NCBI GenBank assembly: GCA_964658305.1
Contig: OZ210885.1
Location: forward strand, 15,686,001 to 15,750,000
DNA length: 64,000 nucleotides
Source of the DNA: Leptogorgia sarmentosa
Taxonomy: Eukaryota
Direction of reading: 5' to 3'
The translations under genes and the position numbers were made by a program. Below, in pieces: positions 34,876 through 45,405 of the stretch (the stretch's first letter is position 1; every line of letters begins with the position of its first letter). The notes under the pieces were generated by a model. The model searched no databases. It was not told the DNA's origin and saw only the letters and a list, made by a program, of their open reading frames with translations.

Positions 34876-36570
34876 TTACGTGAACAACCCAAACAGACAA
34901 CGGTAACTTTCATTCACTGTGCAATTCGATGGTCTATTTTTCTTTCGACGAGTGTTCCTGGTTATATAAGTCGCACTTTTGGCAGCCCTTAATACTTTAT
35001 CTGGGACATGAAAGGAGTCAACCTTTTCGGATTCCATAGCCAACTTAACTGTGACAATGCTGGCCAATGTTTCGTCCGGATCGAGTCTTGGGCGGAAGCA
35101 CGTTTTGTTTTTCCTGATGATGGAAAATACTCGTTCTTCTTCAGTGTTTGAGTGTGGAATAGTTAAAATGAGTCGAGCAACCTTTTTTAACCTTGGAAAA
35201 CGTAGAGCATTTTCAAGCCAACTTCCAATAATGAATCATCTATTGTATATTCTACTTTATGAACTGATGTTCATCAGTTTAATAAAGTTTTAATTAAAAA
35301 GCTGTTGAGTTTGTGAATGCTAACCTTTCTTTTGGAGCTTTTGTCGAACCAATGGAATAAGTCGACCAAGAAATCCTCAACATCAAACCCCGAAACTGTT
35401 GAAAACATTTCTGCAGCTTTACACACAGTGTTGTGGATAATATGACAGGGGCAGCCATTGACAAAAATGTTAGGATTTGTTTTCAAGACCCTTGACTTGA
35501 TCGAATTTCTCTTCCCTACATTGACCACTGTATTATCCACACTGAGAGCAACACAATTTTGCCAACTGATCTGATTTTCTTGAAATACTCTGTCGATGTT
35601 ATTAAAGAGTGCTTCTGCTGTACTTTCTTTATTAGCACCCATGTCAAGAAGTTGTGAAGACACCGTTCCTTTGGCATTGTTGAACCGGTGAATTAATATT
35701 GGATTTAACTTCTTTAATCCTGCCTCATCATTGGAGCCATCGGTACCAACAGAATATGGGCCACTATTCATATCTTTGATCAGCTCTGACCTAATTTAAA
35801 ACACAGTTGTAGCTTTTTACTTTAAAAGTCTATGGCTATTAAATAGTCTAATTTATAGAATAAATAATAACATATTGCATATTATTATTAAAAATATGTT
35901 TACTTAAAATATTGACGCAACGCTCCGTTTATGATGCAAGTTGTCTTCTTGCGACCAGAAGCATACGATTTGGCAATATTGGAGTCACTGAACACTTTTT
36001 GGATAGTTGGTTAGAGACTGTCGGCCATCTTGAAGGATGCATCATGATGCTTGACAATGTTCAGAGCCATCTTTACTTCTGCATTAATAATCTACATAAA
36101 TAAAGAAACCCTTCAGAAGTTGATAAGATGAACAACTAACACAAAAAACATTGACTTGAATATACTGTAATGAGGTGTTACTATACGTAGCTGTGCCTTT
36201 TTATACATACTTTTTTACTTAAACTTTCATCTGGTCGCTCCAGTTTCTTTTGATTGTTTAACTGATTTTTGAATTTAATGTGGGTAGCTGACTTGCAATG
36301 ACGTGCAACATCACCAAAACCTTGGTGTGAGCAACTTACTTTCTTTGAACAGATAGTACACAAGAAAGAATATGGATCTCCAGCTGCATGTTGAATAAAT
36401 GGGCTTTTCTTGATCCATTCATTGTCAAATTTACAGTCATAAGTAGCTGATCCTGCAAATTTCCTTTCACTTTTTTTGTTGTCTTCATGCTTGCTTGGTA
36501 GTTGTCGTCTTTTTAAGTGGTTTTGCTTCCCTCGTGTTTGCCATGTTCGCGACACGAGCCTGCAATACAT
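34876..36570 (-). pseudogene. hAT transposase remnant, intron-containing and internally deleted
   Basis: CTIC..DVARHCKSATH finger, GTDGSND, SVDNT..GCPCHIIHN, dimerisation-like IPHSNTEEERVFS. Confidence 0.8.
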
Positions 36571-37037
36571 GTATTAGCGATTATTCAATTATAAGCATAT
36601 ACTTCATTTTGTAGAAGTATAGTGGATATGTCACATGCAGTCGCGCACCACGGCTTGGGAATAGTCGAAGGTGTAGAACAGACTAAAGAAAACTAAAGAA
36701 AGTATCTTCTGTTTTACTGTTTATCCATCCAGATGATCTCGTATTCGTGTTTCAGCCAATCAGCGCTCAGAAAGGGTTGTCCGAATAGAAATCCATTTTG
36801 CTATATTCACACGATTATATCTTTCTTTATTCTGTACGAAACTACTTGAAATTTTGTAATTATGTTTGGTTATGAGAACTATAGCTCTGACAAAAATTTG
36901 GAATCGAAATAAAGTATATTATAGGAGATATTCAGTTCTTTCGGTCGGAAAATGGATTTCTATTTGACAGCTAGTCCCAGTCCTTTTCCGTGTATCGAGA
37001 TCACCTGGATGGTTCAACCACTACAGTTATCTTCCAT

Positions 37038-40000
37038 CAGAGTTTCCACTTTCAAGGAAATTTCCTTTTTCAAGGAAATTTTGACAAAAAAAAGAGCTTT
37101 CAAGGAAAAAAAAGGAATCAAGGAAATCCAAGGAATTTTTGAAAATACTGAGGAAATCTAGGAAATCTAAAGAATTTTTTTGTGAAATTTTAAATTTAGC
37201 AAATTACTATTTTTTGTTTTCGCGGACCTGCATCTGCACTGCAACCTGAAAATTTTCTGCAACTTTCAAACAAAATTGTTGGGCGGGTTTAGGTCAACGG
37301 TCAACTGAAGCCTGAGTGGATAGAGTCAAATGTCAAATTTCAAAAGGTCAGCACGTGTTGGCTGTGACTTTTCCCATTTTGACAATATGGCGTCGTCAAA
37401 TTGAGATTGAGTCCTATGAATTATTCATGAAGCGTGCGAACGAAGGAGATCCTAATGCCAGTGACAACTATAAAGGTATTTCAAAAAAGAAGAAATACGA
37501 GCAGAAGTTTTTAACTGCGTGGCTAGCTGATGCTGAGTTCAAGGACTGGCTAGAAAAGCGAAATGAATTGCCCTACTGCAAGCTTTGCGAGTGCAAATTA
37601 TCTTGTGCAAAGACTGCATTAAAGCGGCATAAGGAAAATAAAAAGCATGCAGACCTATCGAAGATCCAACTTCAAGCAAGCTCCTCAATTACTTCGCTAT
37701 TCGGAACAAAACAAATCTGCAGCACGAATTGAAATTAAACTGTGCTCATTCATTGCCGAAAACAACCTTCCAATAAGCATCGCAGATGTTTTACTGCCAC
37801 TTCTTCGAGATCTTTTCCCATCTGACCAAGCACTGCGCGATGTGACGTTGGGGAAGCAGAAAGCTACTAATGTGATTCGCCAAGTTTTAGGATTTTATTC
37901 TATCCAGGAATGCATAGTTAAACTCAAAGCGAATAAGTTTTCCTTGATAATCAATGAAACAACAGACAGTTCCACAACTTCGCAGCTTGCTGTTCTTGCA
38001 GTCTATTTCAATGAAGATGATTATCGGTTAGAGATTATTTTGATTGACTTGATACCTCTGAAAGATGGGACAGCTTCCACCATTTACACAAGTCTATTAG
38101 AATGCATGAGAGAAAGAGGAATTCCAATGCAAAATGTGATAGGTTTCTGTGCAGATACGTGTAATGTTATGTTCGGGGCTAACCATTCAGTTTCCCAGTT
38201 GCTAGTAAAAGATCACCCATGAATTATAGTTGTCAAGTGTTCCTGTCATCTAATCCACCTTTGCAGTTCATATGCGTCCAAGATCCTCCCGAAATCAGTT
38301 GAGGACTTGTGTAGAAACATATTTTCTCACTTCAGTCTCTCCAGCAAACGAAGTGAATCATTCAAAGAATTTCAGCAGTTCGTTGAATTGAAAGAGCTGA
38401 AAATACTGCGTCCAGGTATGCATATGTTCAAAAACTATTACATTTGCAGCATGCTGCAGCAATAGACAATAGTGCTATATTCTGACTTTTTGAATTATTC
38501 CTTCTCCGTTTTTACAAATGTTGTAGGTCATACAAGATGGCTGTCAATGAAGGCTTGTGTCAAGAGAATTCTTGAGAATTATCCCGCATTGAAGCTTTAC
38601 TTTACCAGTGTGGCAATGGAAGATCCTACACACACAAATGACACTATCTTGGCAAGCTTAAACAACAAATTTATCCTAGCTTATCTTGAATTTATGGATT
38701 TTAACTTGGGTAGATTTGTTTCATTCAACCTACTTTTTCAAAGTGAGATGCCACAACTTCATCTTTTGAAGTCTGAGGTTGAGAAATTAATCAAATCTCT
38801 CTGTCTCGATTTTATGCAAGTTGGCTATGTCAGGAATACCGAAGCTTTTTTGATTGACTCTACCATGAAGGACAAACAGCTTCCTCTAAATGAAGTATAT
38901 GTTGGAATCTTGGCATCAGATACTATGAATGATATCAAGGCAGAGCTTGGGAGAAATAGTCCTGATATTTCACTTTATTACTCCCAGTGCAGGGACTTTC
39001 TGATTGAAGCTGTGAGGCAGATCCAAACACGGTTTAATGACTGCAATAAGTTGGACATATTGTCTTTTCTGTCACCTTCTATTGCATTCAATTTGAAAAT
39101 TCCTTCATTGAGTGGACTATTCCAGAAAATGCCTTTGCTTGCAGAAGTTGCTGATCTTCAAAAAGTAGATGAGGAATGGAGAGAGCACTCTTTAAATCCA
39201 AATCTTAATGACAATATGAGTGTTGAGGAGTACTGGCAAGTGGTTTTCAAAGCAAAGAAAACAGCTCATGAGCTTGCTACACCAAATTTGGTCAAAGTGG
39301 TGAAAGTTCTCCTGTCTTTACCTTTTTCAAATGCCGCTGTTGAAAGAGTGTTCAGTCAGCTGAAATTGGTCAAAACAGATCATCGATCCAATCTGAAGCA
39401 AGAAAGTTTGCTTGGTCTTTTGACAACAAAGATGACTCTTTTGAAATCCAGATCAGGTGAACATTCTAATGTGTCTCAAACTGTAAACCTTGAACCAACA
39501 AAGGAGATGTTAAATCTTTACAAGAACATGAAGTCAAATGCCAACAATGATGAGGTTGCTGAACTGCAAAAGGATTTTATTAGGAAATGTAATATCTGAA
39601 ACTGGTTAACTGGTCTGGATCTGGATGCAAAATGCAAATGCTAAATTACAGATGTCTTTTATAAGTTATAGCTGCAACTTTTATCCTGTAGCACCTTTTA
39701 GTCGTTCATATTGTAACTTGTTACAATAGTTGTTCATATTGTTAACTTGATTTATAGACTTTGTGGTTAAACTTGACTATATATCATTATCAAGTATCTA
39801 TTTGAACAGTATATCAACTATACTTACTGTGATTTAATGCAAACTGTAGTGATGTAGTCTGTAAAAAAATATTCATAAAAAATGGTACTGCGGATTGTGT
39901 GGTGACTTTTCTCGGTTAATGATGAATTATAGTGTAGGCTGTGTAGCTGTTACGTTAGTATGTTACAAATAGGGGGGGGGGCGATTGGCTTACCAAGGAA

Positions 40001-40092
40001 ATTTCGAGGAAATTAAAAACAATTTCAAGGAAATTCAAGGAAATTTTTGGGCAAAATCAAAGAAATTTGAAAGTTCATTTGTGGAAACACTG
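37038..40092 (+). mobile_element. hAT DNA transposon, full length
   Basis: TIR cagagtttccac / gtggaaacactg (11 of 12); 8-bp TSD TCTTCCAT (37030-37037, 40093-40100); subterminal caaggaaat arrays. Confidence 0.93.
37428..39599 (+). pseudogene. hAT transposase, disrupted
   Basis: CKLC..HKENKKH, INETTD (first catalytic Asp appears as Asn), CADTCN, CSCHLIHL, TRWLS, PFSNAAVERVFS; frameshift near 37700, stop at 38220-38222, intron about 38416-38527. Confidence 0.88.
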
Positions 40093-40701
40093 TCTTCCAT
40101 AGACAACTACAGTTCTCCTTCACTCCTTCTCCGACTGATACTCACAATACTGGTGCAGTCCGCGGCGCGCGACGGCTTGGAACCCACGATACTATTTTTA
40201 AACTATGCGCATGCGTCATCACATCCTCTTTCTTTCGTGGGCAAGCTTCGGTTTGTTGTAACTCACACAGTTCGTCAAAATCCTTCAAAAATCAGCCCAT
40301 CCTTGCAGTTATAAATCGAAACTTTACTTCCATGTCTTCTGAAGAGGTAAGTCATTCATCCTCGTTCGTTATTTAGAAATGTATGCGCATAAATTTTCAC
40401 AAATTTACATATTACTCGTCTCGTGTCACTTTATGTCGGTGCACTCTACCAATCATTAGTACAACAGCTCAGGATAACATCCCTGCAGGTACCCATCTCA
40501 CAGGCGATTCAATGTCTGACATGTGTGAAATAAATCAGACACTTAGCTCGTCTAGAGTACCCGCTCGACGATGCTGTACATGACCAGATGAATCCAAACA
40601 ATAAAATTGTGATCTACTAACACGGTCAAACCAGAACTAATTATCGATTACCTGATTGGTTTCTGCAGATACCCATCTCGCAGGAACCCGAGGTTACTAT
40701 C

Positions 40702-41718
40702 ATGACTCAGAGTACCAGCTCTGTGTCGAGAGATGAGATAAGCTCCCTCATCGAGGACAAAGTGGCAGAGACTTTGAAAAGAACCTTGCCAGAAATTTTA
40801 CGAAGTGCCTTTGTGACGCCTGCGCCAGACAGTGTGACACACCATGCCACTCATGGAGAGCCTACACAAAAACAAGCTAAGTCAGATTATGATACACCAG
40901 TAGCTGTCACCAATAACCGTATTGATAAGTACCATGCACCAATACCAGAAACCACCCTACCGGATGAGTTAGTGGTCTTCTTGAAATCAGCATTTACCAA
41001 ACAGCTCTCCAAAAAGGTTTGGACAAATGTAATGGAGCAGTACCCTGAGATCAAAGGTACTGCCGATTTCCTTGTTTCCCCCGTCATGCAGTCGGGCATG
41101 AAAGAGGATATAAAACGTCACCATGGTATCCCTCGTACCAAGGAGCTATTCTCCTTTGATGAGGGTTTAGCGGAGAGGCAGGCACCATTTATATGTGTTG
41201 TTCGCCCACTGGTTAGTGCTCTTCAAGCACTAGAACCAGTTGCTAAAGATGATGATGACGAAGTGGATCAAGGTCCTGATCCAGATCATATCAAAGCACT
41301 AATAGAAGATGCTATAGTGCTTTTGGGTAATGTCCACTGTCGCCTGAATACCTGGCGACAAAAACGGTTTGCCGAATTCTTGACAGATGTCGGCAAACGC
41401 ACCTTAAAAGATCAAATCCCAGCAGATAAGCATCTGTTTCCGGAACAGTTTCACAAAGTGATTCAAGAGGAGCATGACCATGCCAGTACTAACCGGAAAT
41501 TGGTGTCACAGCCAACCAAAGAGAAGAAACCCTTTGCATCTAGGGGACGGTTTCAAGCTAAGTCCTTTCGTGACCAGCCCTATGGCAGCCAGCCCTTTCG
41601 TAACCAAGGTTTCCAACGTCCGGCCTTCCGAGGACCACAACGTAGTGAGTCCTATAAAACAAGCTACAATAGCAAACCCAGTTGGGCACGCAGAGGCAGT
41701 CGTGGCAAACGTTTATGA
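40702..41718 (+). CDS. DIRS ORF1 (gag-like); probable 5' micro-exon at 40332-40346
   Basis: First ORF of the element, DAIVLLGN..RQKR motif, basic C-terminus overlapping pol. Confidence 0.75.
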   Translation: MTQSTSSVSRDEISSLIEDKVAETLKRTLPEILRSAFVTPAPDSVTHHATHGEPTQKQAKSDYDTPVAVTNNRIDKYHAPIPETTLPDELVVFLKSAFTKQLSKKVWTNVMEQYPEIKGTADFLVSPVMQSGMKEDIKRHHGIPRTKELFSFDEGLAERQAPFICVVRPLVSALQALEPVAKDDDDEVDQGPDPDHIKALIEDAIVLLGNVHCRLNTWRQKRFAEFLTDVGKRTLKDQIPADKHLFPEQFHKVIQEEHDHASTNRKLVSQPTKEKKPFASRGRFQAKSFRDQPYGSQPFRNQGFQRPAFRGPQRSESYKTSYNSKPSWARRGSRGKRL

Positions 41719-43786
41719 CTATCAGCTGCCAAAATTGATAGACATAAAACCTCCGGACAATCGCGTAGCAGGACGAACCAAACATTTTCACTCAAATTGG
41801 AAGTTAATAACGTCAGACCCTTGGATCTTAGCCACAGTTCAAGGGTACAAGATACCATTTATTTATCAACCTCTTCAATGGAGGCCAAGGCACACCAAGG
41901 CCAGGACAGCGGAAGAGGTCAAATCTATCAAAGACGCCCTTTCAGAGTTGACGATGAAAGGGGCAATAAAAATCGTACACGAACAACCAAACCAGTTCAC
42001 GTCGACATTGTTTATAATGAAGCAGAACAAGAAAAACAGGCCAATTTTCAACCTGAAAAACCTGAACCGGTATGTCGAGACTCAGAAGTTCAAGATGGAA
42101 GGATTGGATTCGGTACGCAAATTACTTCAAAGGAACGACTTCATGATGAAACTAGACCTCACCGATGCATACTTTACCGTTCCAATTCACGACAATCACA
42201 AGAAGTACTTGCGACTAATCTTCCAGGGATGCACTTACGAGTTCCAGTGTTTACCCTTTGGCCTATCCAGTGCACCACGGACTTTCACCAAACTGTTGAA
42301 GCCGGTCATAGCCTGGATTCGCTCCCAAGGGATACGGAATGTGATATACCTGGACGACATGCTTTTGATGGACCAGAGTCCAGAGAGGCTAATCTCAGTG
42401 TTTCACAACATAGTCAATCTACTACAAAGCCTGGGGTTTCTCATCAAACGAGAGAAATGCTCACCTTCTCCAACTCAAGGCATCGAGTTCTTAGGAGCTG
42501 TAATCAATTCCAAGGACATGACAATAGCTGTTCCGAACACAAAGCTTCTAAATCTTCAAGCCGAATGCAAGAAGATACATGCCAAACGTTGTGTGACACT
42601 GAAAGAACTGTCTGTGCTACTGGGCAGGATGAATCATTGCGCACAAGTAGGGATGGCACAAGGCCCCTTGCATTACCGGGTATTGCAGCAACAGCACATA
42701 ACCAGTGTGAAGAAATATGGTCACAAAGCTCAAATTCCTCTGAACCGGGGCTCACTCGACGACCTACTGTGGTGGATGTCACCAGAGATTCACCAGTTCA
42801 ACAAGTCCCCATTGAATCTGCCACCATTCGATATGGTCATCCACACGGATGCTTCCACCCAGGGCTGGGGAGCTCATTGCCAGGGAGTGCTAACAGGGGG
42901 ACGGTGGAACAGCCAGGAAGCCTGTCACCATATCAACATCTTGGAGTTAGAAGCAGCTTTACTAGCGATCAAGTCCTTCCTTCCTTCACAACCGAGGACT
43001 CCACAGCACATCCGATTGTTAATGGACAACTCAACTGCCGTTGCGTATGTGAACAGGAGGGGGGGGACCAGATCATCCATGTTAGCCAAACTAGCACTCG
43101 AGATTTGGACAGGTTGCCACAAGAATGCGATATGGATAACGGCAGAACATCTCCCAGGAAGCAAGAATGTGGATGCAGACTGGGCATCCAGACACTTCAA
43201 CGAGCGCATCGAGTGGACCTTGGACAAGAACATCTTCACAAAGATAGGGGAAAAATATTACATTCCACAAATAGACTTGTTTGCGTCTCGCTTGAACCAT
43301 CAGTTGCCCAAGTATGTAGCTCGCTACCCAGACCCGGATGCAGTGGCAACCGATGCAATGACGTTACAGTGGAACAGCTGGACATCATTCATTCATGCTC
43401 CCATAGTTATGCTGCCGCGCATACTGAAAAAGATCCGGGAGGACCAGGCAACCTGTCTGGTCATTGCTCCGAATTGGCCAGGCCAGCCATGGTATCCTCT
43501 ACTGTTGGAAATGTTAGTAGACATTCCATCCGTTCTTCCAATGTCAGAGACAACCCTGTACCTACCCTTTGACAACGAGGCGACACACCCATTATGGCAA
43601 ACCCTGAAACTAGCAGTATGGCCACTTTCCGGGAACGCTGCAGAGTGGCGGGCCTTCCCACCCAAGTGTGTGACATACTCACGTCTTCATGGAGAGAAGG
43701 GACCAAGAAACGTTATGAAGGCCCGTGGAAACGCTGGACTAGCTGGTGTTTGTCGAGGAATAAATGTCCCCTTTCAGCATCTATAG
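41474..43786 (+). CDS. DIRS RT + RNase H + DNA adenine methyltransferase-like domain
   Basis: DPWILATVQGYKIPF, LDLTDAYF, LPFGLSSAP, IYLDD, TDAS..GWG, HINILELEA, MDNSTAV, IDLFASRLN..DAMTLQW. Confidence 0.93.
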   Translation: MTMPVLTGNWCHSQPKRRNPLHLGDGFKLSPFVTSPMAASPFVTKVSNVRPSEDHNVVSPIKQATIANPVGHAEAVVANVYDYQLPKLIDIKPPDNRVAGRTKHFHSNWKLITSDPWILATVQGYKIPFIYQPLQWRPRHTKARTAEEVKSIKDALSELTMKGAIKIVHEQPNQFTSTLFIMKQNKKNRPIFNLKNLNRYVETQKFKMEGLDSVRKLLQRNDFMMKLDLTDAYFTVPIHDNHKKYLRLIFQGCTYEFQCLPFGLSSAPRTFTKLLKPVIAWIRSQGIRNVIYLDDMLLMDQSPERLISVFHNIVNLLQSLGFLIKREKCSPSPTQGIEFLGAVINSKDMTIAVPNTKLLNLQAECKKIHAKRCVTLKELSVLLGRMNHCAQVGMAQGPLHYRVLQQQHITSVKKYGHKAQIPLNRGSLDDLLWWMSPEIHQFNKSPLNLPPFDMVIHTDASTQGWGAHCQGVLTGGRWNSQEACHHINILELEAALLAIKSFLPSQPRTPQHIRLLMDNSTAVAYVNRRGGTRSSMLAKLALEIWTGCHKNAIWITAEHLPGSKNVDADWASRHFNERIEWTLDKNIFTKIGEKYYIPQIDLFASRLNHQLPKYVARYPDPDAVATDAMTLQWNSWTSFIHAPIVMLPRILKKIREDQATCLVIAPNWPGQPWYPLLLEMLVDIPSVLPMSETTLYLPFDNEATHPLWQTLKLAVWPLSGNAAEWRAFPPKCVTYSRLHGEKGPRNVMKARGNAGLAGVCRGINVPFQHL

Positions 43787-44583
43787 GAGACGTTCTCCTT
43801 TTTCTCACGGAACAGTTCCACGAACAGAAACTGTCTTATCGCACTATCGGGGTGTACAAATCATGTATATCCCAGCTACACGACCCAGTAGAGGGCCAAC
43901 CATTGGGTAGTCTTCCAATAGTATCTCGGTTCATGAAAGGCATATTCGAGCTTCGACCACCAACTCCGAAGGTATGTACCACATGGTCAGTGGGAGCACT
44001 TTTGCAATACTTAAAAGATATGCCACCAGTGGAAAGTCTTGCCCTTAAGGACTTGACATTAAAAACAACGATTCTATTGGCGCTCACATCGTCAGCACGG
44101 GCTCATGAACTAGCGGCATTACATTTAGATTATGTAGCCATCAAGGAACATAGTTGGGAGTTCGTCATTCCTCAGCATGTTAAGAATTCACGTCCGAATC
44201 ATCCCGCACGGAGGATTTTCCTGCCAGCCTTTTCAGAAAACGAAAGTATTTGCGTTGTAAAAACTCTCAAACGATATGTTGATCAAACCGCTCCCATTCG
44301 TAAAGACCAAGCCTTACTGGTTTCATATGCTGCACCACATTTAGCTGTGGGAAGCCAAACAGTCTCCCGATGGATACGTGCAGTACTATCTAGTGCAGGT
44401 GTAGATACCCAATACACAAGCCACTCTGTGCGGGCTGCAACAACATCGCACGCCGCTGACAATGGGGTACCTTTGGAAGATATTCTAGCGGCTGCCGATT
44501 GGTCATCCGAGTCTACCTTTGAAAGATTCTACCACAAGCCAACTCCTAATGACACGTTTGCCAAGAGTGTCATGACCACTTAA
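43594..44583 (+). CDS. Tyrosine recombinase
   Basis: SSARAHEL (Arg), HVKN (Lys), SHSVRAA (HxxR), ADWSSESTFERFY (Trp, Tyr). Confidence 0.93.
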   Translation: MANPETSSMATFRERCRVAGLPTQVCDILTSSWREGTKKRYEGPWKRWTSWCLSRNKCPLSASIGDVLLFLTEQFHEQKLSYRTIGVYKSCISQLHDPVEGQPLGSLPIVSRFMKGIFELRPPTPKVCTTWSVGALLQYLKDMPPVESLALKDLTLKTTILLALTSSARAHELAALHLDYVAIKEHSWEFVIPQHVKNSRPNHPARRIFLPAFSENESICVVKTLKRYVDQTAPIRKDQALLVSYAAPHLAVGSQTVSRWIRAVLSSAGVDTQYTSHSVRAATTSHAADNGVPLEDILAAADWSSESTFERFYHKPTPNDTFAKSVMTT

Positions 44584-45405
44584 TTCTTCAAGGTTAATGT
44601 GAAACATTTGAACAACAGTAAATGGTAATGTAGTTATAAGAGATCCTACATCTCACTACCAATGGTTCATAAGTTAGAAATTATTAAAGTTCTTGTTGGT
44701 TCTCATATTTGGTTTATTAAGTTGATTAACAGAGCTTCAAAGTCTGCACCAGTATTGTGAGTATCAGTCGGAGAAGGAGTGAAGGAGAAATTATATTTCC
44801 CCGGAGGGTCTTACCTGAAGGGGAGATGTAGTTCTCCGAACTCCTTTGAAGACTGATACGAGCAATACTGATCCCCATACCGAGGGTAGCAGAGATCTAC
44901 ACCTCCCCACCCTGACCTGTTAATCAATTACTCCACTCAATAAAGAGGATGTGATGACGCATGCGCATAGTTTAAAAATAGTATCGTGGGTTCCAAGCCG
45001 TCGCGCGCCGCGGACTGCACCAGTATTGCTCGTATCAGTCTTCAAAGGAGTTCGGAGAACTACATCTCCCCTTCAGGTAAGACCCTCCGGGGAAATATAA
45101 TATCTAGAAAATGTTGCATCTTATTATGCGGGGGGATTTCCCATGAATGCGGGTGAATTTAAGTACTAATTGTAATGCGGGTGAACATTCCTCAATGCGG
45201 GTGAGTTCACATACCTGATATATATATATATATATATATATGTACAATTAATAACTTGAAATTGATGCATATTAATATTGAAAAAATGTTCTCTGGATTG
45301 AGAAATGTTTTTCTATTAAGCTTTCGAATTGTTACTTCAAAACAATATATGAATTATTTTATATTAATTATATGTATTATATGTACATATTCTTTAGATA
45401 TATAT

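Larger units (their letters stand above)
40113..45101 (+). mobile_element. DIRS1-type tyrosine-recombinase retrotransposon, complete
   Basis: Left ITR about 40113-40230; ICR about 44744-44870 complementary to both outer ends; right ITR plus extension about 44943-45101; no TSD; gag, RT-RH-MT and YR ORFs. Confidence 0.93.
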
